DNA of 63,093 nucleotides, counting the filler, from Asterionella formosa (taxonomy: Eukaryota), in NCBI GenBank assembly GCA_002256025.1. It is 17 parts of 17 records of this genome, joined end to end, with 100 filler letters (N's around TTAATTAATTAA, not from the genome) between each part and the next. Parts side by side here need not be neighbours in the genome. Positions count along the whole stretch, not along the records: positions 1 to 30,658 come from NKIB01000827.1; 16 more parts are not named here. One strand, 5' to 3'. The position numbers were made by a program, and so were the translations under genes. The notes under the pieces are model-generated. The model did not search any database and was not told the origin of the DNA. It saw only the letters and a program-made list of their open reading frames with translations. Below, piece by piece: positions 11,945 through 23,319 of the stretch (the first letter of the stretch is position 1; every line of letters begins with the position of its first letter).

Positions 11945-12252
11945 CTACCTGCCGACAAGACCGGTGCTTCCCTAGTTACTTTAGAATAGGTAAGTCCCCA
12001 ACCACCTTTCGCGAAAGGTGATCGTCTAGCCGCAGCATTAGGGGGAAACCCGAAGGCCTAGCAGGAAGGCGACACAAGTTGCTTGTAGGGGGGAAACCCA
12101 TTATTTCTTGCGCACCAGGAAAGACCACCATGCGAGATGGTAAGGATTGTGGGAGAAGTCGAACCCAACAATTGCTTCTCAAAATAATTTCGGGAATCAA
12201 ACCTCACAAACTCAGATCAAAGGCACCGTGCTAAACCACTAAGCCACTCCCA
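11945..12252 (-). mobile_element. tRNA-derived SINE-like element, copy 1
   Basis: Minus-strand head GGGAGTGGCTTAGTGG (A box)...GGTTTGATTCCC (B box); ~250-bp body homologous to 32050-32350. Confidence 0.65.
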
Positions 12253-12259
12253 AATTGAG

Positions 12260-12560
12260 CATTGTTTAGAATGTTTCTGAATTTTTTCAATTGCGGATCC
12301 ATCGCTAAAAAGTACGATCCTCTGAAGCTGGGGACTCATTAAAAGCAGATTGATACCATCCTGCAGAAGTTGCTTCATCATAGATGCGGTTCCCACAATT
12401 TGAGAGTTTCTCTTTCGGGTAATACACCAAATGTTGACTGACATTACGATCTTGTAGTAAGGAACCCAGAAAACCAATATGATCGAAATAATGCAGAGTA
12501 CAGAGTAGTTGAAATCCTGACTTAGGTTCACTTTCTTGCCATTGTTTTTACCAACAACTT
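12260..12560 (-). pseudogene. Plavaka-like transposase N-terminal/catalytic relic
   Basis: SLLQD...LVYYP...IYDEATSAGWYQSA and, after a frameshift, IVLFSDGSAIEK..KHS, resembling the Plavaka Y.E...G.W and LF.D motifs. Confidence 0.45.
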
Positions 12561-13217
12561 TCTACTAGTAAGAGATGGAGGAAATGATGTATTCATTTGT
12601 TTTTTTAAACGACTGAGATGGTGCATGTTGCCTTTTCTGGAATTAACCATCATCACGAGCCTTGAATTATATGATCAAAGTATGATGGTGGCAAGAATTT
12701 TTCGTTGAGAAATAACATTAGCTCCAACTCTATGGGATCCATTGCTTGCTATGTTTCTCTACTGGGAATACACAAATTTTTTGGGGGAGAAATGTGTTTT
12801 GATTTATCCAAAACAAATCCTTCCTCGTTCATCATTTTCAAAATACTGTTTGCTTTTCCTGAAATCGATTGAATGTGTATAGTCTCTTCTTGCTCATCCT
12901 CTGTAGAGATCTGTAGAAATAATTAGGTGAGGTCGAATACTAAAATATCATTTGATCAAAGCACTTCAAACATTAGATAGAGGGATCAATTGACTTGATC
13001 GAACGGTTTCTATCTTTAGATCGTAAATCATTTGATAACAAATTAACGGTTCTGTATTAACGACGATGCCATTGTTTGATCGATGAGTTTAGAATATATT
13101 GATAAATAAATACATTCGATATATAATACAAACAGTAAACTAATTGATGCAAATAAGAAACTGTTTGACATAATGACAAAATGTAAATAACCAGGCATAT
13201 ATACTATGTTTATGATC

Positions 13218-13280
13218 GGGGAATAGCTTAGTTGGTTAGCTCACCTTCCGAGGTGGTGGGTTCGATTCCCGCATTCTCCA
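13218..13280 (+). ncRNA. tRNA-like element lacking an anticodon loop (Pol III head or tRNA pseudogene)
   Basis: Acceptor stem GGGGAAT/ATTCTCC-A, A box TAGCTTAGTTGG, T arm GTGGG-TTCGATT-CCCGC, middle arm CACCT-TCCG-AGGTG. Confidence 0.6.
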
Positions 13281-14191
13281 CCTGCTTTGATTATGTAGTT
13301 CCTTTGGTTCCGGGTGGTGAGGCAGACAACAAGCAGGTCTAAGGCCCTCTGGGGGGCCAAGTGCGACTTCATAACCTCCACAATTGTCGAGTTCTTTAAC
13401 AATAGCGTACTATAAATTTACTTAATAATTTTATATGTTTATGATTGCTCACACATGCAAAAGTTATTGATCCATACCTTTTTTGTGTGATCAATAAAAA
13501 AATATTTCATACTGCAATAATTTTGGGGCAGTCGATAATAGAGCAAAAGTGTTGGGCCTAACGCTTTTTCATTCACAGATGCTCGCAAAATTCTGTTTGA
13601 CATCAAATTCTTGATGGTATACTTGGAGAACAAAGATAGGTACTGGAAAGTGGGTCGAAACTCATACAGTGTCCTCAGTTCTGGCAATGTATGATGAAGT
13701 ACTAGTAGACAACAAACTGGTGGTAAATGATGGTAACAATCAGCATATATATGCTGCCATCCCCAGTTAAGATGGCATGCAGGTATTGCTGTTTCATTTT
13801 TAATCCCACGAGACACAGTAGATTATACATAATTTACCTACTACCAGTATGCTGGTGAGACGTGCATCATGACACCAGCCTCAATCTATTTTCATATTTG
13901 CTATATGATGTGATGCTCAATTTCGATACCAAGCATAACATCATCTGATTCTCGATTCCGTTTCTCCGTATACTCCTCTGTAGACTTCCGGTACATGTAT
14001 ATACGCACGCTCATACCAGTATTATTGTACGTCACGAAAACTAGCCCTTTTCTTCTTTCTCACCATCGTAATTACTGGTATTGGTAAAGGGGCAGCTTCT
14101 TTTCAATATTTATTGACTTTATTCCTTCGCTCTGAAGTATCCGCTGTGCATCCGTGTCACCCCGCGAAGGAGCAGTTAATGCTAGAATAGC

Positions 14192-15393
14192 ATGAAGGTT
14201 TTTCCATGGATTTCAGCAGCGATTGGCTGCATCAGCGTTCGTGAAGTATGCTCGTTCTCGAATTCCGGTAGTCATCATCAACCTTTCATAGCGTACAGAA
14301 ACAAGGTCACCCAACTGCGGGCCACATGGTCAGATAGTCGCGCTGTCAAAGAGTACCAAGACTTTCTTAGCACTGGATTACAGCAGATTAAGCGAGAAAA
14401 GGATAGCGCTTCAGTGATTGTCAAGTCTGCCGACTTCGACCCAGAATTGCCTGATGGCCTTTTCAAGATGGGAATGGGTGATGACATTGTCTTGATAGCC
14501 GGAGAAGAACTCCCTGCTATGGTTGGAGGTACTGAATCATACCCCATATACATCACATTGCCTCCTACTGAACTTAGAGAGTTCTTGAAGAACTTGCCAG
14601 AGAGTTTCGTGAGCAGACGGGACGATTTTGTCTTCTGCAGTGGTGGCCGCAGGTATGGCAATATCGAGCAAGTGCTCAAGGATTTTGGACTTGCTCGTGA
14701 TACCATGACGCAGTTCTTGATCACTGGTATTCAGTTTACCGCTTTCAGACCTCAGGATCGAAGTGTGCAGCTTGGTTTCGATGCCGGGGGCACGGAAAAA
14801 TGGGCAGGAGAGTGTTCAGCATGCGGCAAGTGGCAGGGGGCAATTGCGGATCGACTTGAGCGTAATGCTATTCGATGCAATACTCACTTCTATAGAGAAT
14901 GGAGAAGGTTGATGGTAAGTTCTGCGATAATTGACTTTCCCCGCTCTATGCCCTTCGAACTACTCGACACTTACCACCCTCGCAGTGGGAAAACATCATG
15001 CTTGAGTCATGCTTCAACCTTGTTGGGGCCATCCGGGAGGATGCGACATCAGTGAAAGATGTTGGTATGTACTATGGAGAGGAAGTGTCAGATATGCTGT
15101 GGACGATTTCGGGACTGCTTCGTGGAGGCAGGGCCATTACTTTGACTTATGGGTTCGAGGAGCGAATGTTTGGTGTTGCGGACACAATGGACGAGCAATG
15201 CACACTGATCGATGACATGTACCCATACCTTTACGAGGCATTCGAAAATGTTCCGGCATTTCAGGAGTATATGTGTTATGCGCAGGATATGCGAGGCCTC
15301 CTTCTGACTGCCAACGTTCCCAGAAGAGGATACAGCGACGAGAAGAAACCAATAATTCGATCAGGAAACCTTCGGGCCGACGGAGTTATTTAG
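14192..15393 (+). CDS. Plastid-targeted protein, ketopantoate-reductase-like fold (resembles plant At1g16080 family); intron 14915-14985
   Basis: Signal-like N-terminus ending VCSF; phase-0 GTAAGT...CGCAG intron joins RRLM|WENIMLESCFNLVGA; ACGKWQGAIADRL motif. Confidence 0.7.
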
Positions 15394-16184
15394 CAAGCCC
15401 TCAAGAAGGCTGATACGATGAGCGTTTGTCGGAGTTTGGTGATAGTTCAAATGACTAAAGGTGATATTTGACGATATGCTGTGTGCTGCAACATCTTTTG
15501 ATTTGCAATCCAAGGGTCTCCCTAAGGTAGGATTGCCTTGAGTCTACTTTTTCAAAAGCTTATAACTTTATACAAGCGTTTCTCTTTAAAACATTCGTCA
15601 CATAGTGATACCAGGTACCTCCCACAGAGGGATGCCATCGTCTGTCCTTGATGGTGGTTGTTAATCAACCTTCAAACATTGCTCAAGGGTTTTTATGAAA
15701 ACGGAAGTTATTTTGATGATGTTGCTTGATTTGTTTATGGATTACACCACAAATTTGAAGACAGTTGATATTGTTATTCTACTGTTAACCCTTCTTGTAA
15801 ATGTGTATGGTTGGTTCAAAAAGCAGATTGGTGAGCTGCAGGGCTGATTCCTAAAGGTTAGAAATGACCAAAGAAAGTCAAATTGTTATCCTCCTGCTAA
15901 GAAGGTTAAAAAGAACTACGTTCCATTTCTGTATGTAAGTTATTATTCTAATAGAGTATTCTTACTAGTCTATTTCTAGATGTGGGGATTGACTTTGGAG
16001 CGTCCTACTGTTCAGGCCATTTCCAGCATTTGCTCATATAACCACAAAGGGTGAGAATTTGTAAAATATGAGCATGATGTTGTGCCACCTTACATTTCCA
16101 TGATGTAGTTAGTCCGCCTTGATGTGCACAGCTCAAACCTTATTTGGAACTGATGCATGTGATGCCCATTGACAAGCGATCACA

Positions 16185-17270
16185 TCCCAATACACGGTCA
16201 TTAAGTTCAAATACAAGGTGACAATATTTTGCAATTCAAGGTTGCCCCTGTATAATTGGGTTTTGGTGGTACTAGCTACATAATGTCCCAATACAAGGTG
16301 ACAATATTTTGCAATTCAAGGTTGCCCCTATATTGGGGTTTTTGGCGGTGCGTACTGTGTCACATCCCAACACAAGGTCATAAGTTCCAATACAAGGTGA
16401 AAATATTTTGCAATTCAAGGTTGCCCCTGTTTTAACTTTTAGCATGGTTTTTACAAATCAATATGCATTACTATGATCTGATCTGTACACTTTACCAGGA
16501 CTATAGCAGACCAATACAGGGTCAACCTTGAATTGCAAAATAGTGTTACCTTGTATTGGGATGTGATGTGCAGTACTCCAAAACCACTTACAGCAGGGAC
16601 AACCTTGAATTGCAAAATATCATCACCTTTTAATAAAATTTATTACCTTGTATTGGGACTGACATAGTACAGCTAAAAGCCAATACAGGAGCAACCTTGA
16701 ATTGCAAAATATTTTCACCTTGTATTTGACCTTATGACCTTGTATTGGGATGTGAAGAAGTACTGCCAAAAACAAATTACAGGGTGCGTTCCCCTTGAAT
16801 TGCAAAATATTGCCACCTTGTATTGGAACTATGACCTTGTATTGGGACATATGTAGTACCACCAAAACCCAATACAGGGGAAACCTTGAGTTGCAAAATA
16901 TCATCACCTTGTATTGGAACTTGCTTATGACCTTGTTGTATTCGGAAATAAACAATGCCCAATAAATGGAAACCTTGTATTGAGTTATATTTCCAAACCC
17001 AGGAACACCTTGATTTGGAGTGATACCTTGAGTTGTTTTCACCTTATATTGAACTTGATATTACTGACCTTTTGCCAATACAAGGTGGTGAACCTTGTAT
17101 TAATATCTTGTATTAGAGAATGTCACCTTGTTTTGGAAAAAGTTATCAAATGACTGATACCTTGTATTGGAAAACATTGTGACACCCAATACAAGGTATG
17201 CCTGGATTTGGAGGATGAAAACTGGTTGAAAACATGATACGGAAAATTGCCAATACAAGGTATTTTTGTT
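16185..17270. repeat. Inverted (foldback) minisatellite array, ~80-100 bp units
   Basis: AATACAAGGTGA.AATATTTTGCAATTCAAGGTTGCCCCT x3 at 16185-16430; reverse complement x5 at ~16510-16920; degenerate CCTTGTATTG copies to ~17265. Confidence 0.85.
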
Positions 17271-17725
17271 TCCTCTGTACATAGAGATGACTATGGTAAA
17301 CGAGTTTCTTTGTCGCATGTACTGTTCTTATTTGAAAATTCAAACAGTTCAGATGAAGGTTTTTCAAGAAGAATCATTGTAAAAATATATGATACTGATA
17401 CCCTGGTATCATCATTGATCACGCTCAGGACAGTCAGGGGCATTCTTATCATTTTGGATGGGGTATCATTATATTTGAGAAAGTATCATGCAACGGCTAC
17501 TCGATTTAAACTGAAAATATTCATTCTCCACACGAAAAAAACCAATTTGTATCACCCAAAACTATCACGAAATTTCAACGGTTACAGGCTGGCTACAAAC
17601 ATGTGTTTTTCCCTCCAGACTATTTAATAGGTAACTAGTTCTGAAAACATGTAGGAAATCTACGCATATGTACGTGATATAATATATAGACTACCGGTAT
17701 ATGTTCTGGTAGTTTTGTCTGCACC

Positions 17726-18510
17726 ATGATAAATTATGAATATACCTCAATCAATCATGTCGTCACTGTTCAACAATTAAGAGGACCATCATTATTGAGT
17801 GGAGATGATGATTCCATCTTCAATGATGACAATGATGATGAATGCATGAACAACTTCTTTCTCCTTTGCCATGGAGCTCTGGAAAACGGAAGAGAAGTGA
17901 CAAAAAGGAAGACCAAATGGGAACATGACAGAATCTCATGGTACTCTCATGTCGAGAAGCTCAATCATGAGGACGCTTTTGAGAAGATATATAGAATGCC
18001 CCTCCGAGCTTTATACAAATTGGTCTCCTCACTCCTAGAGAGTGCGGTTACAAGAAATTATTCCAAGGCAGTGTGGCTCAGCTGAGCCAATCTATCCAGA
18101 AATTGTGTTGGCCATTGGCATTCCATGGTGGGCTGCTGGAGGCAGCTTCATCGATATTCGACATGCCTATGGATGCAGCATTGGCTCAGTATATAGATGC
18201 CAAGATCTATTCCTTGGCGCTGGGCTTAAATGTGAGGATCTCAAGATTGTTTTCCTAGAAACAAAGAGTAATTTGATCAAATTGGCAACTGCCTTTGAGG
18301 AAAAGAGTAGAGAAGGGTTGATCAGAAGGTGTGTCCGTGCCATCAATGGTTTTCTATCCACAATAAGCTGTCCCATGCTATGCATGTGACTGTGGAAACA
18401 ATCCTGGGTCTTTTTATTCAGGCCATTACATGACTTATGGGATCAATGTTCTGGCAGTCTGTGATGTTGAGAGTAGATTTATTTTCTTTGGTGTGATTGC
18501 TCCTGAAAAA
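17726..18510 (+). pseudogene. Harbinger transposase (DDE_Tnp_4 type), frameshifted and truncated
   Basis: FEKIYRM, GGSFIDIRHAYG, CVRAINGF (degenerate CVGAIDG), FYSGHYMTYGINVLAVCD motifs. Confidence 0.8.
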
Positions 18511-18519
18511 TGCAGCCTC

Positions 18520-18792
18520 CTGATCACACTTTCTCTTACATAGTGCAATTTCCAAATGTGCTTGGACAATATCAGAACTTGAAGAATCATAATCCTTACT
18601 TTCTAGTTCTTCCAATTCTTCCCATTCAAGTTTGAGTTGAACCTTATACTTTTCTAGGACATCAAGATAAACATTTTCATGTTGTGATGCACATGTAGAC
18701 TGTTTTTGTTGCTTTGATGGCTGTGTGTGCTGGTTGACAGTACCTCGTTGAAGAAAAATGACAGCTGATGAAAGGCAGTGGCAGGTTTTCAA
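18520..18792 (-). pseudogene. Probable Harbinger accessory-gene C-terminal relic
   Basis: Charged coiled-coil segment KYKVQLKLEWEELEELESKDYDSSSSDIV, convergent with the transposase inside the TIRs. Confidence 0.4.
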
Positions 18793-19271
18793 GAATCAAG
18801 CCGCGATGTTGCTTGGATGTGCACACTGGAAGAAAATTTATGCATGGCTGCATATGTCATTAAAATTATTACCCTGAAGGCATATTTTCAGGTTATTTTA
18901 TCAGTGACAACGGAAATAATACTTGTCTGAATTTGCCAGCATCAATGATACCTTTTTTTGAGTGTGTCAAAAAAAGGTATCAATTTGGTATCAGTGATAC
19001 TGCATTGATACCACTAGGGCATCTGTTGCTAGGTACCCAATGATACCTTGTGCGAAAAATGCTGAATGATAAGAACGCCCCTCAGTGTGTGATGATTCGA
19101 AGCGCAGAATATGGTACTGGAATAGCTACAGAATTTAATACGGAGCTACTGGAACAATGTGTGCTGTTCGTACATGCGGTACCTGGTATCATCGTCATTG
19201 ATCAGGCTCGGGACAGTCAACCACGTGTGATGCTTCGAAGTGGGGTATATGATGGTACCTGGTACCAGGTA

Positions 19272-20223
19272 CCACCTAAAAACTGAGTCAACGTTTGAAA
19301 GATTTTGAACTGAGAGTCAACGTTAAATCGAGTAAATTCACGTTTTGGGCTAAATATGCTAGATACGAACATAATTGTTCAAGCAATATTGTAGGGATTT
19401 ATCTAATAAGCAATAAACTCGTCAATTAGCTAGCGTTACTTCCGTATTTGGTCCCAAAGGTTGCTGTCGACGAGAAATGAAATAAAAAAGCTAAGTTTAT
19501 TTTTACTCCATTTAGCTGGAATCACCTTTTATACATGTATACAGCACCCAGGTATTTGAAAGTATTTCTGTCAGTAGATTCATTTAGTGTCCGAATAGAT
19601 TTTTTGTTGTGGTAAAATATTTAACGATGTCATTTTGCATTCTCCTCTACTAAATGGAGAACATCAGCTGCGACCTCTCGGCATGAATACCTGAAACACG
19701 ACTACATAGAGGATTTGTCATGAAATCACAAAAATCACCCGTGAAATGAAGTGAAACAAGAGGAGGACCACCGGACAGATGAGAACTTGAAGTGATTGAT
19801 ATGCGAGGTCCGAACGAATACTTGACGAATATGCTACCAGTACTGTTATCATCGGCACTTAAAACCCTGGTACCTGGCACCGGTAGCTGGTACCGCTAAT
19901 TATAGGGTCAACAAAAGTAATAGAAAATAGTTTTTTTGGTAACAATCGACTTTAAAAAAACCGATTTGGGGGTAAAAAGTCTTCATGTATATATTAAAAA
20001 ATATGTACTGAGAGTCAACGTTATGAGTCGAAATGGGTAAGACTCAATTGCTTAGATCTCCATAACTCTATGTTCTACTTTAGAACTGATTAAATGATAG
20101 CTATCCCTGTTCTATCGACTACAGCAAAGTTCGTACTTGGTTCGAATTTTATCATTTAAGAAACTTCGATAATTTTAGTCGAAAGAAGGAGTACTGAAAC
20201 GTTGACTCTCAGTTTTTAGGTGG
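19272..20223. mobile_element. Non-autonomous MITE related to the pogo element
   Basis: TIRs CCACCTAAAAACTGAG(AG)TCAACGTT; TA on both sides; shares CCCAAAGGTTGCTGTCGACG and TTTTAGTCGAAAGA blocks with 2142-5221; no transposase. Confidence 0.85.
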
Positions 20224-20252
20224 TACCAGGGAGGTATTCCCCAGGGACAAGG

Positions 20253-20451
20253 TGAAGTATCTAACTAGAAATAGTAGTATTTCTTGAATTTATGAGCTTA
20301 TTAGTTAATCCTTGTGTGCAACTCGTTCTCTAAGTCGACACCAAAGTATACAAATAGTAGGTGTTAGTCGACTTCTCTCATTATTGAGTTCTGATATATA
20401 TAATATAACTCTAACCCTATATACATCTGTATTGATGCGCGCGATTGCTCA
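20253..20451 (-). repeat. Ty3/gypsy 3' LTR (older copy)
   Basis: TGAG...TTCA on the minus strand after PPT GTGGGAGAG; homologous to 36137-36331. Confidence 0.75.
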
Positions 20452-20476
20452 CTCTCCCACACCAAGGGAAAACCTT

Positions 20477-21432
20477 TTACCTATGATTCGGTTTGATGTA
20501 ATGAATATTCATTTTTTTCGTAATATGCATAGTTTGTTGAAAAGTAACTGTACCATTGGCATGTACTTGAATAATAGAGTAGGGACCTCGTCCACGGTCA
20601 TCCAAGGTAGTTGGATGATCCAATAGGATAAAAATCTCGTTACCCACTTTGTAATCACAAGAGCGTCGACGGAAATTAGCACGATGTAGCCATTCGTCAA
20701 TTATCATTTGTCGACGTTGATATCCCAATATTAATTGCAAATCTGTAATCAAAGGAATATTTAATATCATATCACGTTGGAAAACCCATGTTCCTGGTGA
20801 AATATGCAATGTACTATAAATAGTAGGTCGAGCTGCATATGCTGCGGCTGCAAAACATGTATCCACGATATTCTGACCTTGAAATTTCTTGATTGGAGGA
20901 TGAGCCTTTAGCATAACTAGTAGACTGTTACTGATAGATTGATATAAACATTCACAGATACTAGCATTTGCTTGTGGATTCTTGACTGTAGTAGTCACAT
21001 CTTTAATTCCATTCAACACTAACATGTGTAAGAAAGGAACACCAGTAAATTCACCTCCAATGTCATGTATACAACGTTCTGGACGAGGATATCTGGCTAA
21101 CCAATCATTTTCAAATTTCATCGCAATATATTCTGATGTTTTATTATTGATACGTGAAATTTCTGCTAAATTGGTGACTGTGTTAAATCAAGTTAAAGCA
21201 CGAAATTCAATCGCTTGTGCAGCCACTGTTATCTTCCATGGACCAATTAAGTCCACTGTGACTTCTGACCATTGTAATAACAATGCATTCCTGGGTGGAA
21301 GTTCACCAAAACCAGCACCAGGTAATTTTGTACATTTTGACATGCTTCACATATGCTTAAATTATGTTCCACTCTTGCTTTTAATGTAGGATGATAAAAA
21401 TGAGTAGCAATTGTAGCATTTAATTTTATCAT
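20477..21432 (-). pseudogene. Ty3/gypsy integrase relic
   Basis: Close match to the 34926-36110 integrase (WLARYPRP, HD.GGEF, NPQAN.ICE) with frameshifts and small deletions. Confidence 0.85.
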
Positions 21433-22500
21433 GTGTTGTTGTGTTAACTTCGGCGTCCATCTTGTCATGTTGTTGTTCATCAAGATCTTTCCAAATCTTG
21501 AAGTATGCACATATATATTGTCTTGCTCGCCTTGAAAAATGTATTGTCCTTTTTGTTGTTAACACTTTGTCTCTTGACATGCTCTCTTGTTGCACCACAG
21601 ACCTGAAATTCTCTTTACCCTTTTTCCTCTTCGTCAGAGAAAGCCGACGGTAAAAATTCTTGGCGCAACCCCAAGAATATTCGATTCCCTCTCCTGCAAC
21701 TTGAACCCCTTGTTACCTCACCCTTCTCTTCCATGAAAGCTGCTTCCTCGGCTGGTATCTGCATCCATCTGTGCATCCTTTGTTCATAGCCCAGATATGA
21801 TCATTTGCAGAAATCCCATCGGTATTGAATTGTTGCAGGCTTTTCATGTCCATCAAAATAGTATCTTTTCCTCTTTGGTGCATATTGGAATCCCAGCCGA
21901 ATCATCCAGCGATAGACGGTAGAGGCGGGCTAATGCAGGTAAGTCCATGTGTGATTAGAATTTGTTTCAACTTTGACTTGTGCTCCTCAGAGTCCAAGTC
22001 AAGCAAGTGTAACAATAGCACTCTGCTCCTCGTCTTCCTCAACAGGTTCATTGAATGTCGAATGGACCAGTGCTGGTAGGACCTTGTCATGTATATATTT
22101 CGAAAGCATTTCGATGGAAAGGGTATCCAAGTTTTCTTTGCCAGGAAGGGTGGCAGATCCTTGGAGTTTACTCTCAGTTGGAATTTGCGGTGTTTTCGGA
22201 AATTGCGGTACCACTTGGAGACGATGTGTGCATGTGTGGCAAGTGTGAGTCCTTGGTTGGCTAATCTTTTGACAGCAGGTTGAAAAGTTTCGTGGCTTCA
22301 GGGGAGTCCCAATATGTTGTGGTTGTTTGTTGTTTGTTTCTGGATGTCCTTCTTTTCGCTGCTACTGGGAGCAGACAAGCAATTGCAGGGAAAATGATGA
22401 CTTAAATGATGAGTCTAGTAGCTGGATGTCGTTTCTCAGTAATTGGGACAATGAAGCAGTAGCTGGTTCTGATGAAACATCAGTCCCCCCTTTGGCATTA
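21433..22500 (-). pseudogene. Second IS630/Tc1-like transposase relic, internally deleted
   Basis: TVYRWMIRLGFQYAPKRKRYYFDGHEK at ~21840-21925 and VAGEGIEYSWGCAKNFYRR at ~21645-21700; same family as 9397-10625. Confidence 0.7.
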
Positions 22501-23319
22501 TACATTTACTAGTACTAGTAGTAATTGATTCTTCCCCTTCTCCTTTGTCTTGAATTTAATTCTTCTCCTACTAGACTAGTCAAAATAGCTTTACTATTGG
22601 AATCAAAACTAGTAAATAGAGAAACATCTTTCTCCAATAGTCGAGGTGAATTACTACTACCACTAGATGATGATATCACATGACAATCACAAAATTTTCG
22701 ACCATCATGACCCCGATTTCCACTTCTTATCAGCCTCTTCCATTTAACTTACCACTCAGATAATATACATATGTAGTAAGCTTAGGAACCGCTGATGCGT
22801 CTTTCCTGTAATATAAACAAGTAATCGCCTACTTTTTCCTTTGTTTGATACTCATGTCGAAATGTCATCACCTTTCTGCCTGTAGAAATCTCGACCTCAT
22901 TTCCTTCCAAAGATAGATTTGGAAACTCCTTATTGAGAAACATTATCAATCTATTAGTATTTAAGGTTTATTTTATCGCCAAGGGAGTGCTTTCATGAGG
23001 ATATTCCCTGAATTGATTGACCGGCAACCAAATACCATGAATGGCAGGGTCGCTGATAGCAGCCATAACTGATATTGCTACAACTTTTTGAATATCATGT
23101 GAAAAGTGATTCCCCAAAAGCGTTCCACTCATGACTAGAAGAACGCATCTAAAAGCCTTCGGGGAATCACTTTTGCGCAAGTAACGGCGGCGATATTGAG
23201 CAACATGGTGAGGTGATCGAAGCGAACAAATTGGCGTGACATTCCTTAAACCTATAGAGATAAGGATAATATTTTGTACCAGTTCTACGTGGGCTACTAT
23301 AATTTTTTTTGATGCAACC

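Larger units (their letters stand above)
17437..19081 (+). mobile_element. PIF/Harbinger DNA transposon, internally deleted
   Basis: 17-bp TIRs GGGGCATTCTTATCATT / AATGATAAGAACGCCCC; 3-bp TSD TCA (17434-17436, 19082-19084). Confidence 0.85.

Noticed and set aside
11476..11958. ORFs in the GGT/GAG-rich tract
   Set aside because: Low-complexity sequence open in several frames with no recognisable domain.
12000..12030. Hammerhead ribozyme in the SINE-like body
   Set aside because: A hairpin with GAAA is present, but no CUGANGA core with three stems could be traced.
16623..17367. ORFs with repeated QYKV/IQG motifs
   Set aside because: Translations of the minisatellite; unit lengths do not keep frame.
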